DNA of 32,000 nt, from assembly GCF_008065095.1 (NCBI RefSeq), contig NZ_CP042911.1:7350001-7382000 (forward strand), read 5' to 3'. Under the pieces are notes generated by a model that searched no databases, was not told the origin of the DNA, and was given only the letters and a program-made list of their open reading frames with translations. This stretch comes from Gemmata obscuriglobus (GTDB lineage: Bacteria; Planctomycetota; Planctomycetia; Gemmatales; Gemmataceae). The position numbers and the translations under genes were made by a program. Each line of letters starts with the position of its first letter. Positions within the stretch are counted from its first letter, which is position 1. Shown one piece after another: positions 23,174 through 32,000 of this stretch.

Positions 23174-24751
23174 ATGACCCGCACCGCCAAACTGGCCGTT
23201 ACGCCGCTCGAAGACCGCACCGTCCCCGCCGTGTTCGGCAACACATGGGTGGACACGAACCTGACCGTCAGCTTCGCCCCGGACGGGACCGACGTGGCCG
23301 GCGCGCCCTCCGACCTGTTCCGGCTGCTTGGCGCCCGCGCCACCGCCGCCGAGTGGCAGGGGGCGATCCGCGACGCGTTCCAGAGCTGGGCCGCCCCAAC
23401 CAACCTGAGCGTCTCGTTCGTGCGCGACGACGGGCGATCCCTCGGCACCCCGGGGCCGGTCCAGGGGTCACCGTTTGTCGGCGACATCCGCATCACCGCG
23501 CGGCCGCTCTCGGACAACGTGCTCGCGATTTCCAACCCGTTCGACCTGATCAGCCCGTGGGCCGGCGAGATCATCATCAACAGCAACAAGGTGTTCGGCA
23601 CCGACGGCTCGGCCGGCGCCCACGACCTGCGGGCCGTGGTGCTCCACGAGATCGGACACGTACTCGGCCTCGAAGGGAACGCGGACCCGGCGTCGGTGAT
23701 GTACGAGTCGTACACCGGCCAACGCCCCGGGCTGTCGGCTGGCGACGTGTCGGCGGTCCAGGGGCTGTACGGCGTGCGCGGGACGGCCGGCGGGTCGGTG
23801 ATCGTCGGGGTCGACGGCACCGCCGCCACCGCGGGCGACTGGGCGAGCGGAACCGGCACCAACGACACGCTCGCGACCGCGACGAACCTGGGACAGAACC
23901 GCGACATCACCGACCGGCGCTGGGACTTCGCCGGCACGGCTACATTTGGGGCGCCCGGCGACGTGGACGTGTACCGCGTGCAAGCGAACACGGCCGCGGG
24001 CCGGGTGCTCGTGGTGTACGTCAACACCGCTCACGGCGGGGTTTCGCCGAACGTCACCGTGTACGACCGGAACGGCAAACCGGTAGCGGCCGAGGCGCTC
24101 GTTCAGAACGGCGAGGTGATCGCCGTCCAGATCCGGAACGTCCAACCTAACCAAGCCTATTTCGTCGCGGTACGGGCGGCCGACCCGGCGGCGTGGACCG
24201 GCCGGGAGTCGTACAGCCTCGGCATCGATTTCCGTGATACCGCGATTTCGCCCCCGTCGTTCGCGGCCGCGACGCTGACGAGCGCGGCCCCGCAGATCAC
24301 CCGCTCGCTCGAGGTGACCCGGACCCAGGCGTTCCAGTTCCGGCTCGCTGCGCAGAGCCTGAGTGACCCGGGTTGGGCCGGCGCGCGGCTTACGGTCTTC
24401 GATGCAAGCGGAGCAGCGGTCCTCACCCTTGTGGCCCAAAACGGTCAGTCCGTCGCCGACGAAGTCTTCCTGCACCCTGGCACGTACACGGTGGTAATCG
24501 CCGGGGCGACGGCCAACGGCTCCCCGCTTAAAGCCCTGCAAATCAGTGCCACGCTTCTCGCCCTTACCGATCCCATCGGCCCGGCGCTCGCGGGCGACTA
24601 TGACACCCTTACAACAAGTACGACGACCACCACCACGACGACCACAACGACCACGACGACAAGCAGCACCGGGTTCTACTGGCTCGCACCATCGACCTCT
24701 GGTACGAGTTTCCTGAGCCCAACCAGTCCGTTCAGTTCGCCGTGGTGGTAA
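23174..24751 (+). CDS. Secreted zinc metalloprotease (metzincin-like HExxH) with PPC-type domains and a poly-Thr linker
   Basis: The N-terminus contains LEDRTVPA. VVLHEIGHVLGLEGNADPASVMY carries HExxH plus a Met-turn. Two bacterial pre-peptidase-like segments are present (NDTLATATNLG...GDVDVYRV). A T15-rich tract lies near the C-terminus. Confidence 0.8.
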   Translation: MTRTAKLAVTPLEDRTVPAVFGNTWVDTNLTVSFAPDGTDVAGAPSDLFRLLGARATAAEWQGAIRDAFQSWAAPTNLSVSFVRDDGRSLGTPGPVQGSPFVGDIRITARPLSDNVLAISNPFDLISPWAGEIIINSNKVFGTDGSAGAHDLRAVVLHEIGHVLGLEGNADPASVMYESYTGQRPGLSAGDVSAVQGLYGVRGTAGGSVIVGVDGTAATAGDWASGTGTNDTLATATNLGQNRDITDRRWDFAGTATFGAPGDVDVYRVQANTAAGRVLVVYVNTAHGGVSPNVTVYDRNGKPVAAEALVQNGEVIAVQIRNVQPNQAYFVAVRAADPAAWTGRESYSLGIDFRDTAISPPSFAAATLTSAAPQITRSLEVTRTQAFQFRLAAQSLSDPGWAGARLTVFDASGAAVLTLVAQNGQSVADEVFLHPGTYTVVIAGATANGSPLKALQISATLLALTDPIGPALAGDYDTLTTSTTTTTTTTTTTTTTSSTGFYWLAPSTSGTSFLSPTSPFSSPWW

Positions 24752-24812
24752 GCAGGTCCGTCGTTCCACGTAAAGTCCAAAGGCACGCGCATGACCCGGA
24801 ACGTGTGCCGGA

Positions 24813-24832
24813 CCTGGAACTTGGAACTACTG
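24813..24832 (+). promoter_or_regulatory. Exact 20-nt motif CCTGGAACTTGGAACTACTG (copy 2), upstream of the hybrid histidine kinase
   Basis: It is identical to 11256-11275 and lies 116-182 nt upstream of the candidate starts. AAGT(A/G)CG follows in both copies. Confidence 0.4.
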
Positions 24833-24948
24833 AAGTGCGTGTGTCGAGTCGCGCGTAAGTGCGAGGAAGCGGCACCGTTCCGGGGCACTACACTCGATGA
24901 AAGCGCCCACCACGTCAGGGGTAGAGCGCCCATGGCCGCGAGAGGCGA

Positions 24949-26721
24949 TTGCGCCGCGCGGCCGTGGCGCCCGCTGACGCGACCCGCCGCGGCGGCACCG
25001 CTCGGAGTTCGTTCGTGAACCTCTCCGCCCTCGCCCTCGTACTCGCCGGCCTGGCGCCCCTGGCGCATCTGTGCGCGCGGGCCGGGCGCTGGCACCCGGT
25101 GATCGGGCGGACGTTCCGCGGGGCGTCCGTGGTCGTAACCGTTTGCGTGCTCACCGCGGCGTGGGCCGGGCCCGGCGTCCCGTACCTGACGGTCACGGGC
25201 GCGGTCGTTCCCCTCGCCCTCGTCGGCGCCGCCTTCGACCGGGCGAGTCGCGAGCGCCGCCCCGGCGCCGACCAGCAGCACCGGGACCGGCTCCGGCTGC
25301 TCGACGCGGCGCTCGGCGCGTCCCGCGACGGGGTGCTGGTGACCGCAGCGCGGCCGACCGTCGTCGGGCTCCAGATCGTGTACGCGAACCCGGCGTTCGA
25401 GAGGCTCACCGGGTACGGAATCGACGAGGCCCTCGGGCAGAGCCCGAGCATGCTGTACGCCGAAGATTGCGAAGCCGACCGGGAGAAGGTGCGCGCCGCG
25501 CTGCGGTCCGACGCCCCGGGGCGGTTCGAGGTGCCGGCCCGGCGCAAGGACGGAACAGAAGTGTGCGTGGAGTGGGACGTGGTCCCGGTGCCCGGGCCGC
25601 CCGACGGGTGCGAGTACCGGGTCGCGGTGCTCCGGGACACGACCGAGCGGCGGCGGCTCGAGGAGCAGCTCCGCAACGCGGCCAAGCTCGAGGCGGTGGG
25701 GCGGCTGGCGGCCGGGGTGGCGCACGACTTCAACAACCTCCTCACCGTCATCGGCGGCAGCGCGGCGCTGCTCGACGGCCCGGCGGGTCGGGGGCCGAAC
25801 GCGGCCCGGCTCGTGGGCGAGGTGCGGTTCGCCGCCGAGCGCGGCCAGTGGCTGGTGCGCCAGTTGCTCACGTTCGCTCGGCCCCAAGCCGCCGGGCGCG
25901 AGCCGCTGGACCTGGGCCGCGTCGCGTCCGACCTGGCGCCCATCCTGGCCCGGGTCGTGGGGCCGGCGATCGAGACCGACGTGGACACGCCCGCCGAACC
26001 GGTGTTCGTTCTGGCCGACCGCGGCGAACTGGAGCAGGCGCTGTTGAACCTGGCCACCAACGCCCGGGACGCGATGCCGGGAGGCGGCCGGTTGGCGCTG
26101 CGGGTGCGGGCGGGGGCCGACTGGGTGCGGGTCGCGGTCACCGACACCGGCTCGGGGATGCCGCCCGAGGTGCGGGAACGTATCTTCGAGCCGTTTTTTA
26201 CCACCAAAGGACCGGACGTGGGCACCGGGTTGGGTTTGACAACCGTGAAACAAGTGGCGGAGCGGTGCGGCGGCCGGATCGCGGTCGAGTCCGCACCGGG
26301 GCGCGGCACCACATTCGACATCGACCTCCCGCGGTGCCCGGCGCCGGCGCCGGCGCCGACCGGCACCAGCCGGACGGTGCTGCTCGCGGAGGACGAGCCG
26401 GGGGTGCGTGCGCTCGCCCGCCTGATCCTCCAAGGGCAGGGGTACAACGTTACCGAAGCCGCGGACGGGGCCGAGGCGCTGAAGCTGCTCGAAGGCGGCG
26501 GCGCGTTCGATCTGCTGGTCACCGACGTGCGGATGCCGGGGGCCGACGGGGGCCGGGTCGCGGCCCGGGCGCGGGAGCTGCTCCCCGCGGTGCGGGTCGT
26601 GTTCATGTCCGGGTTCACGGACACGGAGCCCGCGGTCCCGGGCTCCGTATTTCTGCCCAAGCCGTTCCCACCCGCCGCCCTCGCCCGGGCCACCCAGCAC
26701 GCTCGTTCGCCCCACAACTGA
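24949..26721 (+). CDS. Hybrid sensor histidine kinase (TM, PAS, HisKA, HATPase, receiver)
   Basis: H-box AHDFNNLL, N-box LNLATNARDAM, G1 DTGSGM, G2 GTGLGL, and receiver VLLAEDEPGVR...DLLVTDVRMPG...KPF. The start is uncertain: TTG at 24949 or GTG at 25015. Confidence 0.9.
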   Translation: MRRAAVAPADATRRGGTARSSFVNLSALALVLAGLAPLAHLCARAGRWHPVIGRTFRGASVVVTVCVLTAAWAGPGVPYLTVTGAVVPLALVGAAFDRASRERRPGADQQHRDRLRLLDAALGASRDGVLVTAARPTVVGLQIVYANPAFERLTGYGIDEALGQSPSMLYAEDCEADREKVRAALRSDAPGRFEVPARRKDGTEVCVEWDVVPVPGPPDGCEYRVAVLRDTTERRRLEEQLRNAAKLEAVGRLAAGVAHDFNNLLTVIGGSAALLDGPAGRGPNAARLVGEVRFAAERGQWLVRQLLTFARPQAAGREPLDLGRVASDLAPILARVVGPAIETDVDTPAEPVFVLADRGELEQALLNLATNARDAMPGGGRLALRVRAGADWVRVAVTDTGSGMPPEVRERIFEPFFTTKGPDVGTGLGLTTVKQVAERCGGRIAVESAPGRGTTFDIDLPRCPAPAPAPTGTSRTVLLAEDEPGVRALARLILQGQGYNVTEAADGAEALKLLEGGGAFDLLVTDVRMPGADGGRVAARARELLPAVRVVFMSGFTDTEPAVPGSVFLPKPFPPAALARATQHARSPHN

Positions 26722-26727
26722 TCCGCC

Positions 26728-26753
26728 CGCGGGCCGCGCGATCCCGGCCCGCG
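26728..26753. terminator. GC hairpin between the convergent kinase and msrA genes
   Basis: CGCGGGCCG-CGCGATCC-CGGCCCGCG forms a 9-bp stem. There is no U-tract on either strand. Confidence 0.3.
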
Positions 26754-27446
26754 CTACCCGCCCTTCATCCGGTCCCGGAACACCTGCCGCAGTTTCTCGA
26801 CTTTCGGCCCGATGACCGCGCGACAGTACCCCTGGCGCGGGTTGTTCGCGAAAAAGTTCTGGTGCTCCGCCTCCGCCGGGTAGAACGCCGTGAACGGCAC
26901 GATCTCCGTCACCACCGGCGCGCGGAACACCTGCGCCGCGTCGATCTTCTGCTTGTACTGCTCCGCGAGTCGCTTCTGGCGTTCGGAGTGCGTGAAGACC
27001 ACCGACCGGTACTGCGGGCCGCGGTCGTTCCCCTGGCGGTCCGGCGTGGTGGGGTCGTGCGACCGCCAAAACACCTCCAGCAGCTCGGGGTACGAAACCT
27101 GGTTCGGGTCGAACGTGACCTGCACCACCTCGGCGTGCCCGGTGCGCCCGGAGCACACCTGCTCGTAACTCGGGTTCGGCACCGCCCCGCCGCTGTACCC
27201 GGACTCGACCCGCGTGACGCCCTTCAACTGTGCGAACACCGCTTCGGTACACCAGAAGCACCCCGAACCGAACGTCGCCACCTCTTCGGGCGCGCCGGCG
27301 TGCGGCTCGACGGACCCGAGTTCCGCGGGCTCGAGTACCGGGAAGTGTTCGGGCACCGCGCTCCCGCCGCCGGCAGACCACCGGAGGTACAGCACCGCGA
27401 GCGCGAGCAGCACGATCGGAACGAGAAACAGGGCGTTGCGCCGCAT
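26754..27446 (-). CDS. msrA: Peptide-methionine (S)-S-oxide reductase with an N-terminal membrane anchor
   Basis: GSGCFWCTEAVF active-site motif, plus GYSGG, HAEVVQV.FDP and FWRSHDPTT blocks. The N-terminal TM segment is ALFLVPIVLLALAVLYL. Confidence 0.95.
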   Translation of the reverse strand: MRRNALFLVPIVLLALAVLYLRWSAGGGSAVPEHFPVLEPAELGSVEPHAGAPEEVATFGSGCFWCTEAVFAQLKGVTRVESGYSGGAVPNPSYEQVCSGRTGHAEVVQVTFDPNQVSYPELLEVFWRSHDPTTPDRQGNDRGPQYRSVVFTHSERQKRLAEQYKQKIDAAQVFRAPVVTEIVPFTAFYPAEAEHQNFFANNPRQGYCRAVIGPKVEKLRQVFRDRMKGG

Positions 27447-27706
27447 TGCGGGCCTCGCGTTGGTGGGTTGGTCGCACGAACCGGCTTCGGGCCATTATTC
27501 GCACGGGCGCTACCGAACCTCAAGGCACGAACCGCCGGTTCGCTCGCGCCGCAACGGCGGCGCGCCTACCCCGGCTCGGGTGTTGTCGTGGCGGCTTGAC
27601 CGCCATGCCCTTCCCGCCCCAGACCAACTCCGCATCGCACGGGACGTGCTCCACGCGCTAACCCGCAGCGCGGGGCCGTGACCGTCCACCGCCTCTCGCG
27701 AAACTG

Positions 27707-28091
27707 GTGCGGCTCGCAGCCGGATCGTCTATGCATAATCGCAAGCCGCACCGGCTGGCTGGACGGGACCGCGACGCCGACCGCCGCGGTGCGCTCTGGA
27801 ACACAGACAACCGCCGCGCCCCGCCCGCGCGTGGCAACGTGTGCAAGCAGCCGCCCGACCGCGTTCACCACTTTACGACTCGCTGTGTCCGACGTGTGCC
27901 GGCCTGAACTTCGCGAAGCGGGACCGAACGACCGACCTGCACGAGCGGGTGGCGCGGGTGACCGGCGGGCGTGTGAAGACCGGGTACCACACTGAAAACT
28001 ACCGCGCGCCGGCGCTGAGGTGGTTGCCCCACCCACGAAGCTCCCCGCGGCGTGCGCACGGACCCGTTCGTTTAACGAGTATGGCACCTGA
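27707..28091 (+). pseudogene. Frameshifted, truncated remnant of an SDR-family oxidoreductase with a Cys-rich N-terminal extension
   Basis: Three frames must be joined: ..CKQPPDRVHHF | YDSLCPTCAGLNFAKRDRTTDLHERVARVTGGRVKTGYHT | KLPRAGAEVVAPPTKLPAACAR.. From memory this matches the family pattern HHFY..LCP.C...N..KR....DL.GR.ALVTGGR.KIGY..ALKLLRAGA.V..TTRFP. A 1-nt loss is inferred in the T-run at 27872-27874. The rest of the ~250-aa SDR domain is absent. Confidence 0.45.
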
Positions 28092-28157
28092 TCTCATAAC
28101 CCGTGGAGACGGGGGTGCGAGTCCCTCACGGGGTTCTTATTCCGAACACAGAATCAC

Positions 28158-28219
28158 AGCGGGCGCTTGATACCGGGAAGCCGCCCGGTTGTTGGCGCCC
28201 GCTTTGGTTTTTGTCTTTG
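28158..28219 (+). terminator. Intrinsic-terminator-like hairpin plus T-tract
   Basis: The stem is AGCGGGCGC (28158-66) / GCGCCCGCT (28195-203), with an inner hairpin CCGGG-AAGCCG-CCCGG. It is followed by TTGGTTTTTGTCTTTG. The T-tract is also the flank of the dispersed palindromic element copy. Confidence 0.4.
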
Positions 28220-28256
28220 TGCCACAAGCATTTCTGTCCGTTCCACAAGAAACAGG
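28203..28256. repeat. Dispersed palindromic element, collapsed copy in inverted orientation
   Basis: TTTGGTTTTTGTCTTTGTGCCACAAGCATTTCTGTCCGTTCCACAAGAAACAG aligns to the reverse complement of both flanks and outer arms of the 3419-3508 copy, with the central ~35 bp missing. Confidence 0.75.
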
Positions 28257-28499
28257 CATGACCTCCCGGATCGCGTATCCGTTCAAAGTGTCTACCCCCG
28301 CCGCTTAGTTCAGTACCAGCGAGCGAAAACGCTGAGCAACAGTGAGCGGGGCGGTTGGGGCTTCAAGCCCCTGCGGCCCGGCGCGCGACTACGGAACCGT
28401 TCCCAGGCTCGGCTCAGCCGCGCCCGCGGTCCAGGGAAGCCATCGACGTTCTTCCGCGCGGTGATCTTGGGAGCGCACATTCGAGACGGGAGAAAACGC

Positions 28500-29927
<1,428 letters not shown>

Positions 29928-30027
29928 TGTCGGGTTCGGCCGCGCCGGGGCGGCGAGACACTCGGAAACCGACCACAGAACCACATCCGGTTGGTGTGTC
30001 GCGGTACGGTGTTCGCGTGCGCGCCCG

Positions 30028-30130
30028 CTGTCTTTCTCGAAGGCAGGAGAGCAACCCACCGAGGAACCGCCCGGTGCGGCCCCCTCGCGCCGCACCGGCA
30101 GGAATGTCTGTGCCACGAAAACAAAACCAC
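30028..30130. repeat. Dispersed palindromic element, diverged copy
   Basis: The right half GCCGCACCGGCAGGAATGTCTGTGCCACGAAAACAAAACCA closely matches 3464-3505. The left flank is CTGTCTTTCTCG. The inner hairpin is CCGGTGCGGC-CCCCTCGC-GCCGCACCGG. Confidence 0.7.
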
Positions 30131-30142
30131 CCGGGACTGCGA

Positions 30143-30345
30143 ATCCCGTCGTTTCAAGTTCGGGCCTGAAGTGTGGTCCGCTCACTCCGTGAGCGGTCGC
30201 TCGGCACCTCGAATGCGCGTTGCACACAACGACCGAGCGAATGACACCGGGAGCGGATCAGATACGCGGAGCGACCGCTCACGGAGTGAGCGGACCATAC
30301 TCCGAACCAGCGCACCGCTCCAAGGTGCGAACTTGAAACGACGGG
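30143..30345. repeat. 203-bp nested inverted-repeat element (MITE-like or structured RNA)
   Basis: Outer 19-bp perfect IR: TCCCGTCGTTTCAAGTTCG (30143-61) / CGAACTTGAAACGACGGGA (30327-45). Inner 29-bp perfect IR: 30173-30201 / 30268-30296. Each inner arm contains the palindrome CCGCTCAC-TCC-GTGAGCGG. Confidence 0.85.
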
Positions 30346-30372
30346 AATCAGTTCGGCCGCCACCGGTAGCAT

Positions 30373-31800
30373 CTACGCGCGGCTTGGGACTACCCCGAAG
30401 AGGACGCCCAGCCCCTCGGATAAGGTCGGGTGGGTCAGAATCATGTCGCGGAGGGCGGTGTACGGCAGCCCCGCGGCCATCACCACCTGCACGGGAGCGA
30501 GCAGCTCCCCGGCCCCCGGGCCGAACGCCGCGAACCCCAGCACGCGATCGTCCGCCCCGATCAGGGCCTTCAGGAACCCCCGCGTTTCGGAAAGGGTTCG
30601 GGTCCGCAGCACGGCCTCCATCGGGATCTTGGCGAGCCGGTAGCCGGTGCCGCGTTCCCGCGCCTCCCGCTCGCTGAGCCCCACACGAGCGAGTTCGGGG
30701 TCTGTGAACAGGCAGAACGGAACCTGCCGCCCGGTGGTAACGCGGCCCCTCCCGACGAGGTCGTCTCGGACCACCCGGAAGTCGTCGAGCGCGACGTGGG
30801 TAAAGTGCGGGCTGCCGGCGCAGTCGCCGACCGCCCACACGCCGGGCGCGGTGGCCCGCAACCGCTCGTCCACCCGAACGTGGCCGCTCGGTTCCACCGC
30901 GACGCCGGTCGTTTCGAGCCCGATCCCGTCGGTGTTCGGGGTCCGCCCGCCGGCCACAAGCAGGTGCGTCCCCTCGATCAGGGTCCGACCGCCGGCGCGG
31001 CAGACGCTCAACCGCACGCCGGCGCCGGACCGCCCTTCGACCGCCTCAACGCGCGTACCCGTTACGACCTCGATTCCCTCGTCACGGAACAGCTCGGTGA
31101 CAGCCGCCGTCACGTCCGGGTCCTCGCGGTGGATCAGCGCGTAGTTCCGCTCAACGACCGTCACCGCGCTCCCCAGCCGTCGGAACGCCTGGGCCAGTTC
31201 GAGCCCGACGTACCCGCCACCGAGCACGATGAGATGCTCCGGGGTCGCGTCCAGTTCCAGGGCCTCAATGTGGGTCAGCGGGGCGGCCTCGCGCAACCCG
31301 GGTGTGTCGTCCACCCGCGCCCGCGAGCCGGTGCTGATGACCACGGACGCGCCCCGCAGCGTCCGGGTTCCGCCGCCGTGGAGGGATACCGTAATCGTCC
31401 TCGGCGCGACGAACGTCCCGTTACCCATCACCAGTTCGGCCCCGCTGGTCCGGAACTTGTGCTGGTGCATCTCGACCAGCCCGGCCACCATCGCCCGCTT
31501 GCGCGCCCGGACGGCGGCCATATCGACCGGCGCATCGACGACCGGAAGGCCGAACTCCGCGCCGCGGCGAAAGTACGATGCGATTTTCGCGCTGTGGATG
31601 ACGTTCTTGCTAGGCAGACAGGCAATGTTGGGGCACGAGCCGCCAACGTACTGCCGCTCGATCACCGCCACGCGCTTACCCTCGGGCGCCAGCGCCCAGG
31701 CCAGGTACTTACCCGCCTCCCCGCTGCCCAGCACGACGAGGTCGTATTCTTCCACAAGCGATTCAGTCGCACCGGTATTGCCATGTTCGATCACGTTCAT
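30373..31800 (-). CDS. Class I pyridine nucleotide-disulfide oxidoreductase (FAD/NAD(P)-binding; mercuric reductase/dihydrolipoamide dehydrogenase superfamily)
   Basis: DLVVLGSGEAGK (FAD), redox-active GGSCPNIACLPSK, LIVLGGGYVGLE (NAD(P)), VWAVGDCAG, and a C-terminal dimerisation domain ending HPTLSE. Confidence 0.9.
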   Translation of the reverse strand: MNVIEHGNTGATESLVEEYDLVVLGSGEAGKYLAWALAPEGKRVAVIERQYVGGSCPNIACLPSKNVIHSAKIASYFRRGAEFGLPVVDAPVDMAAVRARKRAMVAGLVEMHQHKFRTSGAELVMGNGTFVAPRTITVSLHGGGTRTLRGASVVISTGSRARVDDTPGLREAAPLTHIEALELDATPEHLIVLGGGYVGLELAQAFRRLGSAVTVVERNYALIHREDPDVTAAVTELFRDEGIEVVTGTRVEAVEGRSGAGVRLSVCRAGGRTLIEGTHLLVAGGRTPNTDGIGLETTGVAVEPSGHVRVDERLRATAPGVWAVGDCAGSPHFTHVALDDFRVVRDDLVGRGRVTTGRQVPFCLFTDPELARVGLSEREARERGTGYRLAKIPMEAVLRTRTLSETRGFLKALIGADDRVLGFAAFGPGAGELLAPVQVVMAAGLPYTALRDMILTHPTLSEGLGVLFGVVPSRA

Positions 31801-31827
31801 GTTTGGCCTCTTTCGGAGTCGGTACTC

Positions 31828-31979
31828 ATACCAAATCCGCTTGAAGAGTAACTACTCGGCAGTGCGTCGGTTGCACCCGCCGGCTGACACCGGCGGTTCG
31901 ACGAGCCGCGGTCGAACCGCCGGTGTCAGCCGGCGGGTGGCGCTCCCAATCACCGATACTCTTCAATCGGATTTGGTAT
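31828..31979. repeat. 152-bp nested inverted-repeat element upstream of the oxidoreductase gene
   Basis: Outer 23-bp IR with 1 mismatch: ATACCAAATCCGCTTGAAGAGTA (31828-50) / TACTCTTCAATCGGATTTGGTAT (31957-79). Inner 29-bp perfect hairpin: 31874-31902 / 31911-31939 with an 8-nt loop. Confidence 0.85.
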
Positions 31980-32000
31980 CACACCCGGCGCCGGACGACC

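Noticed and set aside
2070-27504. Very long ORFs antisense to or overlapping the called genes (for example 2070-3518(-), 3751-5067(-), 8149-10101(-), 11185-13746(-), 20092-21939(-), 24676-27504(-), 25071-27599(+))
   Set aside because: These are typical stop-codon-poor shadow frames of high-GC DNA. Their translations are Arg/Pro/Gly/Ala-rich low-complexity sequence without motifs. They overlap frames that carry clear domain signatures.
28111-28135. Possible tRNA or tmRNA gene because of the T-arm-like GGGGG-TGCGAGT-CCCTC
   Set aside because: No acceptor stem (only 5/7 pairs with mismatches), D-arm or anticodon arm can be drawn in the preceding ~50 nt. The loop starts TGC rather than TTC, and there is no CCA or tag-peptide ORF.
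29932-29941. GGGTTCGGCC plus CGCGCCGGGG just after the sigma-54 activator gene as a stray inverted attC fragment
   Set aside because: Only a ~10-nt match exists, with the two blocks in the wrong order relative to the repeat. This is plausibly chance in GC-rich sequence, and there is no partner core or conserved 3' half.
30373-31800. Mercuric reductase (merA) call for the disulfide oxidoreductase
   Set aside because: There is no N-terminal HMA/NmerA domain, no C-terminal Cys-Cys pair (the C-terminus is ...GVLFGVVPSRA), and no merR/merT/merP neighbours. Only the superfamily can be asserted.

Overview
This is a high-GC chromosomal segment. By inference it looks Planctomycetota/Gemmatales-like: LEDRTVPA N-terminal motifs, TDAGLKHL-type LRR lipoproteins, a TPR-linked Ser/Thr kinase and many long GC-rich palindromes. 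The main feature is the left 7.2 kb. It holds 13 small + strand ORFs, each followed by a ~76-109 bp imperfect-palindromic repeat bounded by the inverse 7-mers GCCGAAC...GTTCGGC. This is the architecture of an integron gene-cassette array (attC-like sites, R''/R' cores, cassettes of 360-1051 bp). No integrase or attI lies in the window, and the array runs off the left edge, so it is either a CALIN or the distal part of a sedentary chromosomal integron. Recognisable cargo includes a RelA/SpoT-type HD-domain hydrolase (small alarmone hydrolase-like), a CPCC cysteine-rich protein and a DUF4288 protein. The other cassettes encode small membrane or secreted proteins and uncharacterised proteins. Three aspects are unusual. 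The repeat encodes a shared C-terminal tail (AEPGAAPDTAG-stop) on five unrelated ORFs, always in the same frame. A purine-rich RBS follows directly after every R' core. The attC variants range from pristine to eroded. The remaining 25 kb carries hemY-type protoporphyrinogen oxidase, a vapBC-like TA pair, a DinB-family protein, an FG-GAP/VCBS propeller protein, two tandem LRR lipoproteins, a HEAT/CXXCH protein, a TPR Ser/Thr kinase, a metzincin-like protease, a hybrid PAS histidine kinase, msrA, a decayed SDR-like pseudogene, a sigma-54 enhancer-binding response regulator and a pyridine-nucleotide disulfide oxidoreductase. Several dispersed or nested inverted-repeat elements (REP/MITE-like) and one exact 20-nt motif shared by two upstream regions are also present. 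No rRNA, tRNA or CRISPR array was found. All calls come from reading the sequence and ORF translations, with no database search run, so family names are from memory.
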